A DNA stretch of 63,534 nt, the filler included, from Porpidia crustulata (lineage: Eukaryota): assembly GCA_964255105.1 (NCBI GenBank). It is 7 parts of 7 records of this genome, joined end to end, with 100 filler letters (N's around TTAATTAATTAA, not from the genome) between each part and the next. Parts side by side here need not be neighbours in the genome. Positions count along the whole stretch, not along the records: positions 9,102 to 18,098 come from CAXUWE010001015.1; positions 18,199 to 27,190 come from CAXUWE010001016.1; 5 more parts are not named here. One strand, written 5' to 3'. A program made the translations under genes and the position numbers. Under the pieces are notes generated by a model, which had not been told where the DNA came from, did no database searches, and saw nothing but the letters and a program-made list of their open reading frames with translations. Within the stretch, counting starts at the first letter, position 1. Each line of letters starts with the position of its first letter. Shown in pieces: positions 12,520 through 25,694 of the stretch.

Positions 12520-14318
12520 ATATTTCGATTTAGTTTGTACGCTACTGTCAGAGTGGGGTTAGCCGACTTCAAAGTGTTAAGCGAGCCTTGCATAGCATAT
12601 GGGCATTTAACCGAATCCTATCGTCCAACCTTATTCTTCCAATTCCCTTGTCACACAATGGACCATCCACGCGGCAGGCAGGTAATAAATCTGATCGTTC
12701 TCAAAGAGTCAAACTAACGAAAGTCTTGTTCTGCAGCGCTTCTATACATGAAAACCACGCCAGTACACAGTCTCCTTCTATTTCCTCTCAACTGTCCTTG
12801 TGTTCGTTTCCTTTGCTTGCTTTTGCAGAAATACTGCCACTTTTCGTCCATGTTCGAGTGCGCAAATTGCTTCTGAGCCTATTTGCACCGGCTTAGAATA
12901 TGTCAGATCCCCTTGGCTCTATGCTCATTCTTTAAACCCTCTCGAAACCCATGTCCTACATGCTGGACCAAAATACCTACCCACGGGTAAGCATCTGCGT
13001 ATCACATGATCGAGATTTTGGCATTCGCATTTTCTGTGGTGTCGCGTGATTCAGCGAGCCCTATGATAAGGAAAACAGGGAAAAGGGAAAAAGGAAAAAT
13101 TGAGTCATCCATCGCGGGGTCAATCGGAGCCAACGGAACCGACAAGAATCTAATGCCCACAGCCTGCGAGAATGAACACTTTACGCGTCAGTACTACTAC
13201 CGTGGTTCAAATGTTACCAAACCAGAACGACATGGATTACGCGATAATGGGAAGCTCAACTATTCAACAGTTGCTGAGGCTCCCGTGCTTCCGTTATGGG
13301 TAAGTACCTCAAGGTAAAGCATGCGGGTGACAGGAGGCAAGGGCGCGGGATGGGAATAGCAGTAAGTACCTTAGTAAGGAGATCTGTCTTTTTTTCTACA
13401 GGGTACGCGTAAAAAGATAGGGGCCAACTGTAAACAAAGACTAACTAGTTATGGCTGTCTAATGCGGGCTAAGAAGCCGCTGAGCCAATCATTAACCCTT
13501 GTAATGCTGTAATCCATACCCTCTCGCATTGCCACATAAGCCCATAAATTTCGATGGCCGTATATGACCTCGGCCTTCCCCCTCGACATAAATCGTACCG
13601 TACGGAATCTGTTGAAAAATCGCGCCGACACGAACAACTCATCACACATCAAAATCTACCTATCCACCTATTCTTACCTAGTACCTGATGACTGAGGCAG
13701 CAACGACGAACCCCGTGACCCACAATATACCCACCTTACTGCCAGCCATTCACAATCTACACCGCTTACATTCTCGCTTAACCTCTACCTTGGTCGCTTT
13801 CACTAGCCGGACCTCGTTAACGGTTGACCGTTGAAGGCGTATGTCACCCCCCCAGGTCGTCGCCAAAATTTGAAGCTATTCGCACATTTCGCCAAGCTTC
13901 TTTTTCTAGGTCCATCTACTCGTAAATAGGAAAGCAGTAGTCGACGCTGGCAGTTTTAATGACACTTGCTGAAATATTCCAACCATCGCCCTGATTATTG
14001 TTAATCCACACCGCATATGTGTCACTGCTATCTTTGGTCTTTCTAATTCACTCTGATGTTCCCTGGCTACTTATTTATTCCACCACACATCCTCTTTTAC
14101 TTGGAATTTTTTGAAAGCTACGGCAAGTGCCGCGGTCGCAATCCTTCTGGAATACGAACAACACTTTCGCAGCCCATCCAGGATTAACTTATTCTGACTC
14201 TCCTTGTCGTGCAGACAGTCGATAGCGATCAAGTACCGTTGCTTTGAGTCAGAAGCGACGCGTAAGCCGCGCCACTGTTACCTCACTTTATCCTTTGATC
14301 GTGTGTGAAGTCGCCGTC

Positions 14319-17300
14319 ATGGCCATGTCTGAGGCCGGTAGTACGAGTGCCATGGAGGCCAAACATGGCCCCTTGACGCCGCCTTCAGATCAGATGGACG
14401 TTGATGTGGACAACCGCGGGTAAGTCCGTTCATTTCTACCTTTCATGTCTCCTTCGGCCTTCTAAACCCTGGGTATTCATTGTTGCTTTCTTCCAGGGCC
14501 TTCTTATCAAATGGACTCGTCAATAAAGAGCCCCCCATCGACTCAGCTCTACAGACTGTAAATTCAACTCAAGCAACTTGGGTAGATGATCTTGAATTAC
14601 CGTCATCCAACGGTACCGACGACCTAGCGCGTCATCCAAATAGCTCACAAAGCGCGGCAGACCTGCACACTAGTTTTCTAGAATCCACGGAGGCAGTTGC
14701 GATCGCGCCGCCATCAGATCCACCTCCACTCGAAGAAGTGGCTCCTCACTCAGCTACGGGCCTTGATGATAGTACCCTTAAGAAGCCCTCACCTCCACTT
14801 CAGGCCCCTTTATCGGATCTTCGTGAAGCAGCACAACCTATCAGTTTGGAGCAAACCGCAGATATCAAGGAAGAGAAACTGCAACAGGACCTTGAGCGCG
14901 ACCCTCATTTAGCGAACGGCCTCACAGCTGGCCCGCACGATATCATGGACAGAACAAATGAACGCCAGCAGCTAGAGCCCGTGATTGAGTCAGAGGTGGC
15001 GGCAGGGCTCACTGCACCTGCTCTAAGTAGCGAGAATAAAGTAGAACCTGCGATCGTAAACGAGGCACCTGTTTCAATTCCCTCTCAAAATATCCCACAC
15101 CATCCATCAGTTCCCGTACCTGAAGGAGCGGAGTTGGAAGCTCCGCTGGATCCAGCGCCTTCGCCAGTGATCGCAATGCCCGAAATTCCAGTAGCCTTGC
15201 CGGTAGTAAATCCGAAGAGTACCTCAATACAACACAGCATGTCAAATCCCGGTTCACCTTCGTTCACTGTACCTCCTGCTTCTCGACCACCAGACCAGTC
15301 GGCGTACCAGGACGCTCAGACCGTAGCGGCAGCGCAAGAACCCTTGATCTCCGACTCCATGGTGGATCCTTCGAATTCCGATCAGGTCATGCAGGATGTG
15401 CCTCCCTCTCCTTCAAAGGTTGGTCGCGAGCGCGAAGATGACGATGTGGAGGACGGGCCCGCGGCGAAACGATCAAAAACTGATGATGGATCTGCCGCAC
15501 CAGAATTCAAGGTCCCTGATCTTCCAGAGATTAATACCAACGTTAACGGCACAAACTCAACCAGTGGTCCGACAGATTCTTCGAACCCGATGACGAAACT
15601 CCGCCACAAATTTACGCTCAAAGTAATCCAGAACATCAAGCGCACTCAAGCTGCCATACCATTCAACCAGCCTGTCGACGTTGTAGCGTTAAAGATCCCT
15701 AATTATCTAGAGGTTATCAAAAGGCCCATGGATCTGAGAACGATGGAGGAAAGTCTCAAAGCCAACACTTATACCTCCGTAGACGACTTTGTTGCCGATT
15801 TCAACCAGATAGTCGAGAATTCGCGAGCCTTCAACGGGATTGAACACGTCGTGACGAAGTCTGCATACAACATTAAAGCCTCTTTCGACAAACAGATGAT
15901 CAACTTACCAGGACCTGACGTTGTTGAACCGACCCCAGCGGACAAGAAGAAAAAGCAGTCTATCTCGGCAGCATCCAAAGTAGCGCCTCCCCGGCGGGAG
16001 TCTAGAAGCTCATTACCTGGACCTGCCCGATCTCCAACAGCGGGCCCATCTCAGACATTTGCGCTTGGACCTCAAGGCGTACCGCTGATCCGACGTGACT
16101 CGACGGTGGATGACGGCCGTCCGAAGCGCGAGATCCATCCTCCGGCCCCTCGCGATTTGCCGTATGCGAACCATAAACCGAAGAAGAAGAAGTACCAATG
16201 GGAACTGAAATTTTGTCAATACATCATCGATGAGTTGACAAAACCAAAGTACGGGACCATCGCGTATCCATTTCTGGTAGCAGTCGATCCTGTAGCTCAG
16301 AACATACCAAACTACCATAAAATAATCAAGAATCCAATGGACCTTGGTACTGTACGCTCGAAGTTGAGCCAAGGACAGTATGAGAATGCAAAGGAGTTTG
16401 AGGTCGACATACGTTTGATTTTCCAGAATTGCTACAAATTCAACGGTGCTGGTCATGCCATTTCTGCAATGGCCAAACAGCTCGAAGGAATTTTTGATAA
16501 TCAGTGGAAACAGAAAGGCAGTTGGATCGACAGTCATGCGCCAGCATCTGGTCCACAGTCCCCGGGGAGTTCCCCGGGGTCTGACGAGGACGATGAAGAT
16601 GAGGAAGAAGACGAGGAGGAGGAGGATGATGATTCAAAGGTCCAGCTTTCAAAGTTGCAACAGCAAATTGCAGCCATGTCAAAACAAGTTGAAATGATCC
16701 AGAAGAAAAAGTCACCTCCTGCATCTAGCAAGAAATCCAAGAGCACGAAGCCGGAAAAGAAAGCGAGCAAGAAACGTGAATCGGTCTCGTCTGCCAAGTC
16801 CGTAAAGGCTCCAAGCGCTTCGAAATTATCCAAGACATCAAAGCTGCCATACGTTACTTATGAGCAGAAGCAGGATATTTCTAACCGAATTAATAGCCTG
16901 TCAGAGACACGCATGGCGACTGCCCTGAGAATTATTCGTGACAATATGCCTAATTTAAAGGTTCGAATATATATATCATCTATAATTAAATTTATTGAAA
17001 ACTTTGCTGACTTGGAGCTTTATTTATCACAGGGTGTGCAGGACGATGAGCTTGAATTGGATATCGATGAACTTTCGAACGAAGTGCTGCACAAGCTCTT
17101 GACTTTTGTGCGCAAGCATGCCCCTCGACCGGAGGACTCGCCTGTCCCACGGACAGTGGCAACGGCACCTAGCGGCCCGACAACCAAGAAAAAGAATAAG
17201 CCCATGAGCAGTTATGAGCAGGAAGCGCAGATTAGTGCCATGCGGAACAAGCTATCCGCTTTCAAGGACCCGGATTCCCAAGAAGCTCCTGAATCCTGTA

Positions 17301-17430
17301 AGTGCCCATGTTCTCGTAGTGTACAATTAAAGAAAACCCTGGTACTCATCATTGGGTAGACAACCAAGAAGACCAGGCGAACGAATCCAGTGGAGACGAG
17401 GAAGATAGCGAGGAGAGCGAGGAGGAATAA
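14319..17430 (+). CDS. bdf1: BET-family double-bromodomain + ET domain protein; 4 coding exons
   Basis: Two bromodomains (PFNQPVDVVALKIPNYLEVIKRPMDL; PFLVAVDPVAQNIPNYHKIIKNPMDL) and an ET domain (VTYEQKQDISNRINSL...ELELDIDEL). Introns 14420-14496, 16961-17032, 17298-17359; acidic tail SEESEEE*. Confidence 0.93.
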
Positions 17431-18098
17431 TTGAGAGAATGAGTCGTGCTGCTTTGTGACCACCAGTCGACGAGGAAGCACCCGCCCACAGCGCTGCACC
17501 TCGCGAAGTCGACTGCGTCGGTCCTTCCTTTTTGTACATGCTTTTACGGGTTCAAAGGGGGCTTTGGGCTTTTCGCAGTTGGTTTAGAGCTTTATTCTAT
17601 GCTCCGGCCAATCGGAGGCGGTCGGTCGGGGTACAGGGATTTTTTTATCTTTTCATCTCTGGTGGTTTACGGCCGAGTGGCGGTTTGATGATGAAGCGAG
17701 AACGGGGAGGGTAGGGGAGGAAAGGCGAGCAGCGAGGACGAGAGGGGGCGACTGTGAGCGCATTTAGCCAGTCGTGGTGGCAAGGTGCCTTTACGACGAT
17801 TAGAATGTAAATACCGAAAGCACGGCGGCAGCGGAGGGACGAATATGCGGACATCTAGCAAAATGCTTCTTTTCAACAATTAGATACCTTGATCCGGAAA
17901 GCCGCGAGTATCCAACACATCCTAACATTAATATACCAAAATCTCCTAAAGAACCTTCCTAAGCTAGAGTATCGGACATGAATTTAAACCAGCTACCAGC
18001 TTGCCGACCAGGTGAAACCGGCATAGGTTACTCTTTCTTCTTTACAAAATAAAAACCTCAGCGGTAAATATTTATATCTATCCAACCCACCCATACCT

Positions 18099-18198
18099 NN
18101 NNNNNNNNNNNNNNNNNNNNNNNNNNNNNNNNNNNNNNNNNNTTAATTAATTAANNNNNNNNNNNNNNNNNNNNNNNNNNNNNNNNNNNNNNNNNNNN
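18099..18198. other. Artificial contig spacer
   Basis: N44-TTAATTAATTAA-N44. Confidence 0.97.
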
Positions 18199-19163
18199 GT
18201 GCGTGGGTGGGCCACGCAGGGGGGGGGCCGGGTGGGGAGGTTCGGGCCGGGGATGGTGGTGAATTTGAGTGGGGCGAGGCCAGTGGGGAGCTAGCAAGTA
18301 TGAGTTCGGCTCGAATAGGCTTCAACTCATCGCTTCATCCTCGGACCAAGGATAGGAGACGGTAAGGGACCTCAAAATGGCTTTCGATCCTGGATATTCT
18401 CCCGGACGCCTAGGATTGATCGAAGCCATTCCGGAATTGGCGCCCGGCCACCGCAGCTTGGGAGGTTGACGGAAGAAGGAATCGAAAGAGTAACAGGGTC
18501 ACGTTGGCTCAACGGCCCGACCGAATATGCCGAACTCCAAGGCCGTTTGCACATGAAACCCTCATGCGCGACAGGATCTTCAGGTACGATGCGGAATCCT
18601 GGAGATAACGTCGTGTGCTGTGCGTGCGTCGCACACACGCACGCTCACATAACCCTCATCTACAGATCAGACCAGCCCTGACGAGTAGCCACCACCACCA
18701 AGAGACACACCCATCAAGTCACATAATGACAATGGCGGAAATGGAATTTGGAATTCCACCCTGTCGTCTTATGGGGTGTATTTATTAATCCAATAGTTTC
18801 TGGACAAGCTGTTCTCTCCTACTCCTCCCCCATACTCACCAGACCTCGCACTACCGTCATCGGTCCTGAAATTGACTCCTATATCGTCCGCTTCTCACTA
18901 TCTCGGTCACGGCGTCGATGTCACAATTTTCGAAGCTGGCGACGGAAAAGAGTTTTGGCGGGAGATGGAGCGTTGGTTTTTTCATCCCTGTTTTCTAAAA
19001 TAAATCAAAATCAAAATTTTACCATCAGAATGAAATCTAAAACAAAATGCCGCATCTATCTAAGTCCATCCTCTATCCCGCCATCTATGTATCGTATACA
19101 TCACCAAACAAAAAACATTAAGCATGCATCCGAAAGCAAGAAAGACGAAACAAAATCAAAACG

Positions 19164-22100
19164 TCACTTCATCCCGCCCCGCAAAAACCCCCTGACCGCC
19201 ACCGCAATCGCTTCGCCTAGCGCCTTGACCTGCAACGAACGCACTGATTAGCCTGCACAGATCTACAGTCACCCGGGCGAAAGACCCAAAACATACCTTC
19301 GGCGCCTTCATGACCGTAAAATGATCCCCATCCACAACCTCGCACCGCACGCCCGGCACCAGCTTCTCCCACCCGTTCCCCCCGAAATCCCGCCGCGGCT
19401 CAACAATCCAATCCTGCGCCTTGTTCGCCACGCGCGCCTTGGCCGGCAGCAGCCTTGCGCGCTGCTGTTCGCTCCCAGTCTCCCAGACCCCGTGGCGGGC
19501 CCAGATGGCTACGCAGGGCGGGGGATTTTTCATGGGGCCGAGGAGCAAGGGGTGGTATTTCTTCAGGGCCTCGAGGCTGGCGGTGAAGTGCTGGCGGAGC
19601 TTGGGCGGGATGCTGGGGGTTTTGTTGTGGGGGCCGGTGAAGGTTCCGAGTTGCTCGAGGAGATCGGTGGTTTCGAGCGGCAGGGGCGGCATCGCGCCGG
19701 GACAGGGGGCGTCGATGAGGACGAGGCCGGCGACTTGGACGCCGGTGAGGATGAGGTGCTTGGCGATGTCGTAGGCATAGGTGCCACCGATGGACCAGCC
19801 GCCGAGGATGTAAGGGCCCTCGGGTTGGTGCTTGAGGATCTCGTGGACATAGGATTGGGCGACGAGTTCGAGGGGGACGGTGAAGTCGTGTGGGTTCTTG
19901 AGGAAGGGGCTGTTGAGGGCGATGACGGCGATTTCGACGTCGAGGTTGGGTAGGTTGGCGTAGGAGCCGGCGGAGCCTGATCCGTCGGGGAAAAGGAACA
20001 GAATCGGTTGGCCCGGCTTGATCTGACCTTGGAGGAGGACGGAGGTGCACTTTGGCAGCGGTGAATTGATATTCAAAGACTTGGCCGGTTTCAATGTAGG
20101 TTGCGGCCGAACCCGGAATGATTTCTCGATATCGGCCATGGTGGGGTGATCATGAAAGAACGTGGATGACAGAGTGCGTCCGGTTTTGGATTTCAGGGTG
20201 TTAATGATGGACAAGCTGAGCAGCGAGTCTACACCTAGATCTGCAAATTCATCGTTGAGCTGAATTTCGGAGACTGCTATCTCAAGCTCGGATGCAATGA
20301 CATTCTTGACAATGGTTACCATATCCTCAGGCTCAGATGGACTTGGAATGATTGTTGTAGGCAGGGATGATATCGATTGTTTCTCGTCGCTGGAAACACT
20401 ACTGACTTCGTCTGATTCGATAGGTAGCTTCTGTCGCAACAAGATGCCTTCAAAGTATCCCCTTAGCTCTCTTACGGTCGGGTATGATGCGAATAGCGAG
20501 TTGGGAATTCCAAAGTTCAATTGCTTGCGAAGCGTTTCAAGGATAGACATCGACAATAGTGAGTCAACCCCCATCTCGGCCAGATCTGCGGTCTCTGTCA
20601 ATTCATTTGGATCAACTCCGATCTCCCCGGCGATACAGGATATTATGTGAGAGAAAGAAATGTCATTGCTCAGGGAAGAAAACTGCGCACCGACTGTTGG
20701 CTTCGTTAGGACAATCGTGGGAGCTTCAATTTTTGTGGCAGCTGGAGTACCCGTTCTCCCAGGGAGTAGCGTATGAAGAGTATTTTTCTTGATAGATTGG
20801 AATAGAACACCCTCAAACACGGCGACTATTTCATCGTCGTCGAAAACGTAAACGTTGCCAGACATAACGCCACGACTGCCAGAAGGTTGCATACGAACGT
20901 AGGTTTGATAGCACTTGTCTTGAGAGAGCGGTTTTGCGAAACGCATGTTGTTCCAACCATGGGATATGTAAACGATATCTTCCGGCATTGAGCAATTCCC
21001 GTTGAGCACGAACCCGGATAGATGCGCGAGGCTGTCAATCCAGTACGGACTGTAGGTGAAAATCCCATCTTCTGCTGTGGTCCGGAACCGTATCTTAGCA
21101 GTGGCCTCAAGCATTTCGCTGTCCATATAGACTTCTTCCATGCCCTGGTATTTACTGTCATACTTAACGAGGGAAGAGAATAGTTGATAGGTCATGCTTC
21201 TCAAGATCCTGTGGATCTTGCCAGCGTTATCCTGTTGCATAAGGCCCTTTATCCTAGACTGGATGAGATATGCTGACATGGCCCATTGTGACATCCAATC
21301 CTTTCCATTTCCATACCAGACGGAGCAGGTGGCGTGGTCTGTGACATCAATGTCTATTTGAGAGCTCAAGCTGATCTGAACCGTAGAAGATCCCCTGGTT
21401 CTAGTTGCCTTCAATCTTACTAGCTGAGCTGCACCACTGGTACTCAGAATCAAGGGCTTGAATACTTTCATTTTAGACACATCCATTGCTGAGACCTGTC
21501 TGTTGCTCTCAGTACGATCCCATATATAGGAAGCGGCAGTCAGTGCCATGTCAGCATATACAGAACTTGGACATAGTCCGCAATTGTTGACCATATGTCC
21601 GAGAATTAGCGCGCGTAATCTCACGTCTTCTAAGTTCGAAAGAAATTTAACGGATGCACCTTCTGCCGAAAATTCCTCAGTTTCGATCTGGTGTAAAGTC
21701 GAAGTTGAGAAAGTTGGAGCTAGTGAAGCTGTCTGGGTGCTAGCCGAAGGAAGTCCTTTTTCAATTGACCAATTACCCTGATACTGTAGCCAGTAACTCT
21801 TAAGGTCAAATGCATATGCTGGCAGCTCTAGTAAGTTAAGAGCACTCTCATATTCCCGGTTATACTCATTCCAATCAATTTGTACTCCATGATCATACCC
21901 TTTCCCAACACTTTTGGATAACGTTTGCCAATTTCCTTCCCTTCGACTCAAGGAGTGTAGGGTGCGCTCCGAGGAGATTTCGAGAATGGATTGTACCATC
22001 GTACCGCAACACTGTTCCGGTCCTAACTCAATCCATAGATTATTGCTGTCATTCGGGTTCAAGTTTTCCGAAACGATGACAGCTTTCATAAAATTTACGG

Positions 22101-25100
22101 GAAGCCGTGCTTGCTGCGTTAGATATTGAGCGCCGAATACACCTGACCCTCGTATAATTGCTCCCAAAGAAGTCGATATGACAGGGATCTTAGGTGCACC
22201 GTAGTGAACACGCTGGGCTTCAGCCTCATAGTCTTCGAGGATGAGATCCATTTGAGCCGAGTGAAAAGCGTAGGGTGTGCGTAAGAGCTTGGATCGATTG
22301 CCAATATCTTTGAGATGTTGGTTCAAGGCCTCAATGTCGTTAGCCACTCCACTAATCACAGTTTGATCAGGCGCATTTGAACACGCAATTTCGCAAGAAT
22401 TAAACCGAATATCCGAGAGAATGCTGTGGGCTACCTCGGTGCATAGGTTCACTGCCAGCATAGCATGACTCCCAGCAGAACACTTTTCTTGCAACAACAG
22501 AGCTCGCTTGCCAACAAGGAAAAGCATATCGATCATGCTCAATACACCAGCAACTACTAACGCCGGGTATTCTCCCAGACTGTGTCCTACGACAGCAGCG
22601 GGTTTGAAACCCCAAGACTGCCATAGAATGGCCAAAGCTACTTCAAGAGCAGCTAACGCAAGCTGAGACTCAACTGGGGAACATTTCGAGACATCGAGAT
22701 TGGGCTTCTCAATCATGTCGAGGACGGGAGGAAACCCAAGTTTGCGGCATATTGAATTGGACGTAAGCAAAGACTCTCGAAACACAGAGCATGTCTGAAA
22801 CAATTCGGCGCCCATACCTGGATATTGCGAGGTTTGACCTGTGAACGCGAAGATGATGGGTGGGGCTTTGTTGATCCGCTCAACTTTATTAACGCCTGCG
22901 AGGTCTTCCTGAAGTGACTGCGTTAATCCCGAAACGCTAGTAACGACATATGCTTTCCGAAAAATATGATGCATACGTCGGGCAGTAGTTGTATATGAAA
23001 GATCGGACAGCTGCACTTGGGAGTTGTTCATCAAGTATTCATGCAATCGGTGTCTGTTTTGCTGAAACGAATTTGATGTCCTCGCGGATACCGTGACCAC
23101 ATGGGAAGTGCGAAGATCTTGGCTAATAGAAATCCTCTTGGGCGGGTTCTCTAATATCAAACTCGTATTTCCTCCGGTAGCATTAAAGTTGTTGACCACT
23201 ATCCTCTTCTTGCCATCGGTCGAGTTTGCAGTGAAAGGTATTTTGACCCTCGAGATCTCGATGTTATGGGCTGAAAGTGGTGGCAATTTCTTATTGATAG
23301 TGCTTTTGATGCCAACATGTGGAGGGATGATGTTCTTTTGGAACATCATTGCGGCTTTGATCACGGAAGCAATGCCGGAAGCCGCTTCGCCATGTCCGAT
23401 ATTCGGCTTGAGGGTTCCGATGTAAAGCTGATGTTCCTTCATTCGATTATCAGCAAATACGTTCATAACCGATGACGCTTCAGTGACATCTCCTGCTTGC
23501 GTTCCAGTTCCGTGCATCTCTATATAATCGATGTCCCCTGGCATAAGAGAAGCTTCATGAAGTACTTGTCGCAGTAATTTCTGTTGAGTCTCTGCGTGAG
23601 GATGAGTTATTGATGTCGCATTAGCCGAGTGATTAGTCGCTATGCTTTTGATGACAGCCTGAATATTATCTCGGTCTGCAATTGCGTCTCCAAGGCGTTT
23701 AAGAACGACAGTTCCGACTCCATCAGCACGGCAATACCCATCGGCATTCTCATCCCAAGTTTTACAAGACCCAGTGGGCGATAGAAAGCCTCCCCGACTT
23801 AGTCCAGCAAATAGATCTGATGCGGTCATAATGTTGGCGCCTCCTGCTAGAGCGGTGTCACACTCCCGTGCAATTAGTGCAGAGCAGGCCAGATGGATCG
23901 CGGCTGAACTACCTGAGCAAGCCGTATCGAGGCTAAAGCTCGGACCTTCCCATCCAAAGTGGTAATTAATCCGTCCAGGCCCAAAAGCCCGAATGCCACC
24001 CGTGATGTGGAAGGTATCAATGTCTTGCGAAGCATTCACTTCTCGCCAATCGTCGCTGCTCTGACCAAAATAAGTACCAATTTTCGAATGGTGAGTAGAA
24101 GGAGTGCGGTCAAAACTGTAGCCCGACATCTCCAAGGCCTCATATGCCGTCATCAGTAAGAGTCGCTGCATGGGGTCGGTCTGCGCAGCTTCGCGTGGAG
24201 ATAGGTTGAACAAACGCGCGTCAAATTTATCTGGGTGATCTAGAAAGCATCCATATGGCGTCAAAGTCGTGTTCTTTGTCTTTCCACTTGGATCACAGTG
24301 AGTCGCAATGTTGAATCGATTGGCAGGTACCTATAACATTATCCGTCAGACTAGAGCCATATCATTAATTGAGATCAAAATTTCATACTTCCTTATGTAG
24401 ATCAAGTCCACTCTCTAGGACCTGCCAGAATTCCTCGAGGCTCTCACCCTTTGGGAATCGACCGGACATCCCGACAATGGCGATGGCTTCAGACGCGGGT
24501 CTACACTGAAATGGACGAAACCGTTCATCACTCGAGTTGATTCTTGCCATATCGTACACCGCTATCGGTTTCAAGGCTCGTTCAATTGAACCACTTGCAC
24601 TTATGGGTCCTATGACTGAGAGAGAGACTTCCAAGTTACTCGACAATGACGTCAATTTCTGAATGATCAAGGACATATCTATTGGAAGTTGTAGGATCTC
24701 GGTCATGGTTCTGTGCAGGACCTCGCGCATTCCGCCGTCGGTGCTAATGACCTCTCCAGAGTTGGTGGAAATGACAGACACGTTGGATACTAGCTGTTTG
24801 TCCAATATTGGCGAGTCTCCAATGATCTCATCGACTTTACATATGTCAAGATGACTAGCGTGGTAAGCGGCTGTAAGATGAAGTCGGTGTCTCCGAGCAC
24901 GGAGGAGAATAGGCGACGTTTCGAGTAAGGACTCCAAAGTCGAGGGAGGGCCGCTGATCGTGACTGAGGAGGGCCCAGTCACGCTGATATATGCCTGCCG
25001 ATGCAGAGGTATGGCCTAGCTCTATATTAGTTACAATCTTACAAAAAGTCAATAGTAGTAGTACTTTCGAGTGATGAAATTGTTGAATCTCATCTTTGAC

Positions 25101-25694
25101 ATGGTCTGAGGGAACTCCAGAGACTACAGATGTCCAGCTACCTAAGCTTGACTCTATATTTTCCGAGCGGCGGGAGACTTCCAACCCCAATCTCAAGGAT
25201 ATGCGAATTATCTCAGGTGCTAGGATAAGCAAATCTGCGACTCCACTGGCGGAAGCCGCTGCAATGGCTGGTAATGATCCAGTGCAGAGACCGAGTAAGA
25301 ATTTTGGTGTCGCAGCGTTGAGAATTTCTTGGTCTCTCTCTGCGTGACTAAGATCATACCAATGCTTAGAATTGGGATTCAAAACTCCACATCTCGTGAC
25401 TTACACAAAGAGCCATCCTAATTGAACCACAGACAGTAGAACTGTTGATACTGCATTATGCCTATAATTGCTCTGAGAATGTGATTCACTCAGGTCTAAG
25501 AGAGTTCTAGAGGAAAAATAGAGCCTTTCGGATGGAATCAGAGTAGATACTGCCGAGTATAGCACGTCCGTACTTGACTGAAGATATATTGATAAGAATG
25601 TAGAGCTTTTTGATAGCTGATAGAGATTCAATAGAGAAGGGTGGATATCAGTGACCTGATCACCAAAGAGAAGGAAATTGGTCTTTGAAGGCAT
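19164..25694 (-). CDS. Iterative non-reducing type I polyketide synthase, SAT-KS-AT-PT-ACP-ACP-TE/CLC (~2099 aa); 5 exons
   Basis: SAT GLCTG and YHASH; KS DTACSG, HGTGT, NIGHGEA; AT GHSLGE and AFHS; PT GHMVNNCGLCPSSVYADMA; two ACPs (MGVDSL, LGVDSL); TE FPDGSG, GWSIGG, DHF. Introns 25348-25404, 25016-25064, 24331-24388 and 19230-19296 give a 6300-nt open CDS. Confidence 0.95.

Noticed and set aside
12300..12600. Diverged A/T-enriched duplication resembling RIP
   Set aside because: The copies flank a poly-T run and an N gap; best explained by low-quality read tails after a homopolymer.
19321..20050. Overlapping and antisense ORFs within the PKS TE region
   Set aside because: Shadow ORFs expected from high GC3; no independent motifs.
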